Below, one piece after another: positions 60,218 to 64,000 of a DNA stretch of 64,000 nucleotides (position 1 is the stretch's first letter; every line of letters begins with the position of its first letter). Position numbers and translations under genes: made by a program. A model generated the notes under the pieces. That model was not told the origin of the DNA. It saw only the letters and a program-made list of their open reading frames with translations, and ran no database searches. The stretch lies in the NCBI RefSeq assembly GCF_963921235.1, contig NC_086097.1, positions 45,014,001 to 45,078,000 of the forward strand, written 5' to 3'. This stretch comes from Mobula hypostoma (taxonomy: Eukaryota).

Positions 60218-61820
60218 CAAACCCCATTTCCAGAAAAGTTGGGATATTTTCCAAAAGGCAATAAAAACAAAAATCTGTGATATGTTAATTCACGTGAACC
60301 TTTATTTAACTGACAAAAGTACAAAGAAAAGCTTTTCAATAGTTTTACTGACCAACTTAATTGTATTTTGTAAACATACACAAATGTAGAATTTGATGAC
60401 TGCAACACACTCAACAAAAGTTGGGACAGAGGCATGTTTGCCATTGTGTTACATCACCTTTCCTTTTAATAACACTTTTTAATCATTTTGGAACTGAGGA
60501 TACTAATTGTAGTAGATTTGCAATTGGAAATTTTGTCCATTCTTGCTTGATATAAGACTTCAGCTGCTCAACAGTCCGTGGTCTCTGTTGTCTGATTCTC
60601 CTCTTCATGATGCGCCATACATTTTCAATAGGAGATAGATCTGGACTGGCAGCAGGCCAGTCAAGCACACGCACTCTGTGTCTACAAAGCCACGTTGTTG
60701 TAGCCCGTGCAGAATGTGATCTGGCATTGTCCTGCTGAAATAAGCATGGACATCCCGGGAAGAGACATCACCTTGATGGCAACATATGTCTCTCTAAAAT
60801 CCTAATATACGCCTCAGAGTCAATGGTACCTTCACATACATTCAACTCACCCATGCCGTGGGCACTGATGCACCCCCATACCATCACAGATGCTGGCTTT
60901 TGCACCTTTCGCTGATAACAATCTGGATGGTTGTTTTCATCTTTGGCACGGAGAACTTGATGCCTGTTTTTTCTGAAAACTAGCTGAAATGTGGACTCAC
61001 CTGACCACAGCACATGGTTCCAGAGTCTTTCGGTCCATCTGAGATGAGCTCGGGCCCAGAGAACTCGCCGGCGTTTCTGCATAGAGTTGATGTATGGCTT
61101 CCTCCTTGCGTAATACAGTTTCAGGTTGCATTTCTGGATGCAGCGACGGACTGTGTTGAGTGACAGTGGTTTTCCGAAGTACTCCTGAGCCCAGGTGGCT
61201 ATAGTTGTCACAGTAGCATGATGGTTTCTTAGGTAGTGCCGCCTGAGGGCACGAAGATCACGCGCATTCAACAGCGGTTTCCGACCTGGCCCTTTACGCA
61301 CTGAGATGTCTCTGAATTCTCTGAATCTTTTCACAATATTATGTACTGTAGATGTTGAAAGACCTAAATTCTCTGCAATCTTGCATTGAGAAATGTTCCT
61401 TTTGAACTGACTAACAGTTCTCTCACGGATTTTGGCACAAAGGGGTGAGCCATGACCCATCCTTGCTTGCAAAGACTGAGCCTTTGATGGACGCTACTTT
61501 TATACCCAATCATGATACCTCACCTGCTACCAATTAGCCTGCTTAATGTGGAGTCTTCCAAACCGGTGTTACTTGAATATTCTGTGCACCTTTCAACCTT
61601 ATTTTAACTCTGTCCCAACTTTTGTTGAGTGTGTTGCAGCCATCAAATTCTAAATTTGTGTATATTTACAAAATACAATTAAGTTGGTCAGTAAAACTAT
61701 TGAAAATCTTTTCTTTGTACTTTTGTCAGTTAAATAAAGTTTCACGTGAATTAACATATCACAGATTTTTGTTTTTATTGCATTTTGGAAAATATCCCAA
61801 CTTTTCTGGAAATGGGTTTG
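60218..61820 (-). mobile_element. Full-length Tc1 (DD34E) DNA transposon of IR/DR type
   Basis: TA duplications at 60216-60217 and 61821-61822. ~213-bp TIRs at 60218-60431 and 61608-61820, each with two direct repeats AAAAGTTGGGA(T/C)A. Confidence 0.96.
60441..61460 (-). pseudogene. Tc1 transposase, 340 codons in one frame, inactivated
   Basis: ATG at 61460. In-frame TGA at 60770-60768 and 60485-60483. First catalytic Asp reads WSGES instead of WSDES. QQDNA to PIENVW spacing is D34E. Confidence 0.93.
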
Positions 61821-62865
61821 TAGGTTCATGAGAATGATCCCGGGAATGAGAAGGTTAATGTATGAGGAGCACTTGATGGCTCCAGGTCTGTACTCTCTGA
61901 ATTTTCAAAGAATGAGAGGGAATCTCATTGAAATCTACTGAATATTGAAAGGTCTAGATAGAGTGGACATGCAGAGGATATTTCCAGTTGTGGGAGAATC
62001 TAGGACTAGAGGGCAGAGCTTCAGAATGGAAGGATGTTCATTTAAAACAGAGTTGAAGAGGAATTTGTTTAGTTAGAGGGTGGTAAATCTGTGGAATTCA
62101 TTGCCAAAAATGGCTATAGGCTAAGTCATTGGGTATATTCAAAACAGAGATTGATAGGTTCTTGATAAGTAAGGGCGTCAAAGAAAGCAGAAGAATGGGG
62201 ATGAGAAAAAATAAATCAGCCGTGATTGAATGGCAGTGCAGACTCAATGGGCTGAAGGGCCTAATTCTGCCCTTATGTCTTATCGCATTATGATCTTATA
62301 TTGTTCCCTGCATTCATGAACAGAATCTCACCCAGCAAAATGATTAATGGGAGATGAGTCCCAGGGATAAAAAGAGGCTAGAAACTAGTAAGAATATGAC
62401 ATTGGGTAGTTATAGTGAAGCAAGAACATTCAACAGGTAAGGGTGGAATCATAGAACTAGCATTAAATGAGCCACAGTACCATTTGAACATTGGGCTGAG
62501 CAATTAGTGCATAAAAATGAATCATACAGGCTAAGCAAGAATTGTCAAACAATCTCCATTATACAACAATTAAGTAAAGCTTCGACGGGAAAAGTGTTGG
62601 AAACGTGGGCTTTTATGTGAATAATGAAATGATTGTGATATTTTAGATTTGTAGTGGCCAAAAATAACAATGGAGAAATTCACAGATTAGCAGCACTTTT
62701 CAAATGTTTTAAACATATTTATGTTCACAATGTTGGCATTAGGAACTAGAGGCAGGAGTAGGCCTCTCGACTCACTCCTGCCCTGCCATTCAAAGTGGTC
62801 ACAATTAGATTGGTCAGACCATACTTGGAATATTGGGAACAGTTTTGAACCCCTTATCTAAGAAA

Positions 62866-63540
62866 AGATTAGATTAGATTAGATTATGAGGATACGCAGT
62901 CCTCGTTTATTGTCATTTAGAAATGCATGCATTAAACAATGATACAATGTTCCTCCAGAAAGATATCACAGGAAACACAGGACAAACCAAGACTAAAAAC
63001 TAACAAAACCACATAATTATAGCATATAGTTACAAGAGTGCAAAGCAATGCCGTAATTTGATAAAGAGCAGACCATGGGCACGGTAAAAAAAAGTCTCAA
63101 GTCCTGATATCCCCATCATCTCACGCAGGCGGCAGAAGGGAGAAACTCTCCCTGCCATGAACCTCCAAGGGCCGCAAACTTGCCGATGCAGCACCATTGG
63201 AAGCACCCAACCGCAGCGGACTCTGAGTCCGTCCGAAAACTTTGAGCCTCCGACCGGTCCTTCGACACAGCCTCTCCGAGCACTTCGACCCCGCCCCGGC
63301 CGCCGAGCAACAAGTAAAGCCGAGGACTCGGGGCCTTCCCCTCTGCAGATTTCGGATCACACAGTAGCAGCAGCAGTGAAGCAGGCATTTCAGAAGTTTT
63401 ACCAGATGTTCCTCCGTGCTCTCATGCCCGTCTCCATCAAATCAGGATTGTGCACGGCATCCTACTTGATAAATAACGGACATCACCACTGGAGTGGCCG
63501 CTGTGAGCTGCGTCGCGCCACCATCTTCTCCTCTCCTCCT
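62866..63540 (-). mobile_element. Young CpG-rich non-coding retroposon with an (AATCT)n tail, inserted in a CR1
   Basis: The minus strand starts aggagaggagAAGATGGTGGCGCG and ends ACAATAAA..(aatct)4. The CR1 text ctaagaaaagat|atgtgccagcattgg is split around it. No pol III boxes or credible ORF seen. Confidence 0.7.
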
Positions 63541-64000
63541 ATGTGCCAGCATTGGAGATAGTCCAGAGATGGTTCACGAGAATAATCGTGGAAATGACAG
63601 GGTTAACGTATGAGGATTGTAGGATAGCTCTGGGCCTGTACTTGCTGGCATTTAGAAGAATGAAGGGTGGGGCGGGGGAATCAAATTGAAACCTATCAAA
63701 TGTTGAAAGGCCTAGATAGAGTGGACGTGGAGAGGATGGTTCCTATAGTAGGGGACTCTATGATAAGAGGTCACAGACTCACAATAGAAGTTTGCCTGTT
63801 TATAACAGAGATGAGGAAGAATTTCTTTAACCGGATGGTGGTGAATCTGTGGAATTCTTTGCCACAGGTGGCTGTGGAGGACAAGTCACTGGATATACTC
63901 AGAGGTTAATAGTTTCTTGATTAGGAAGGGTATCAAAGGTTACAAGGAGAGGCATGAGAATAGGATTGAGAGGGATAATAAATCAGCCACGATGGAATGG
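63541..64000 (+). mobile_element. CR1 3' portion, continuing ~62810-62866
   Basis: IETYQMLKGLDRVD..RGH.L..MRKNFF..VVNLWNSLP. Confidence 0.85.

Larger units (their letters stand above)
57485..62300 (+). mobile_element. Degraded CR1 ORF2 hosting a CR1(-) 3' fragment (~58310-58790), an RTE-derived element and a Tc1
   Basis: PEDWK.ANVT (58816-59085) and SGVLQESVLG (59283-59549). The frame resumes after each insert, with a 3' tail at ~62245-62300. Confidence 0.82.

Overview
Vertebrate nuclear DNA, most likely from a cartilaginous fish (shark or ray). This is inferred from the dominance of esterase-ORF1 CR1 LINEs with HER1/HE1-type 3' ends, plus Rex1, Penelope and V-SINE repeats. Most of the window is a stack of nested transposable elements: CR1, Rex1/Babar, L1, Penelope, Gypsy, Tc1, hAT, Chapaev-like, RTE-derived elements and SINEs. 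The only clear host signal is a TE-poor island (~30.3-36.0 kb) ending in a CpG island. It carries what look like one or two short first coding exons of a minus-strand gene (ATG AG|GTAAG at 34933-34924), and I cannot name that gene. The most notable sequence-level observations are: (1) a hammerhead-ribozyme motif in a Penelope pLTR, plus two tiny TSD-flanked fold-back Penelope insertions whose breakpoints lie inside the hammerhead; (2) a twin-primed L1 with a 4.3-kb inverted arm that keeps an uninterrupted ORF2 and has a 15-nt copy of target DNA at the inversion junction; (3) a 1.6-kb solo LTR built from three tandem arrays, one of hairpin units. All family assignments come from motif recognition by eye, with no database search, and boundaries of degraded elements are approximate. 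I found no convincing novel multi-gene system; the ribozyme-linked fold-back elements are the best candidate for new biology.
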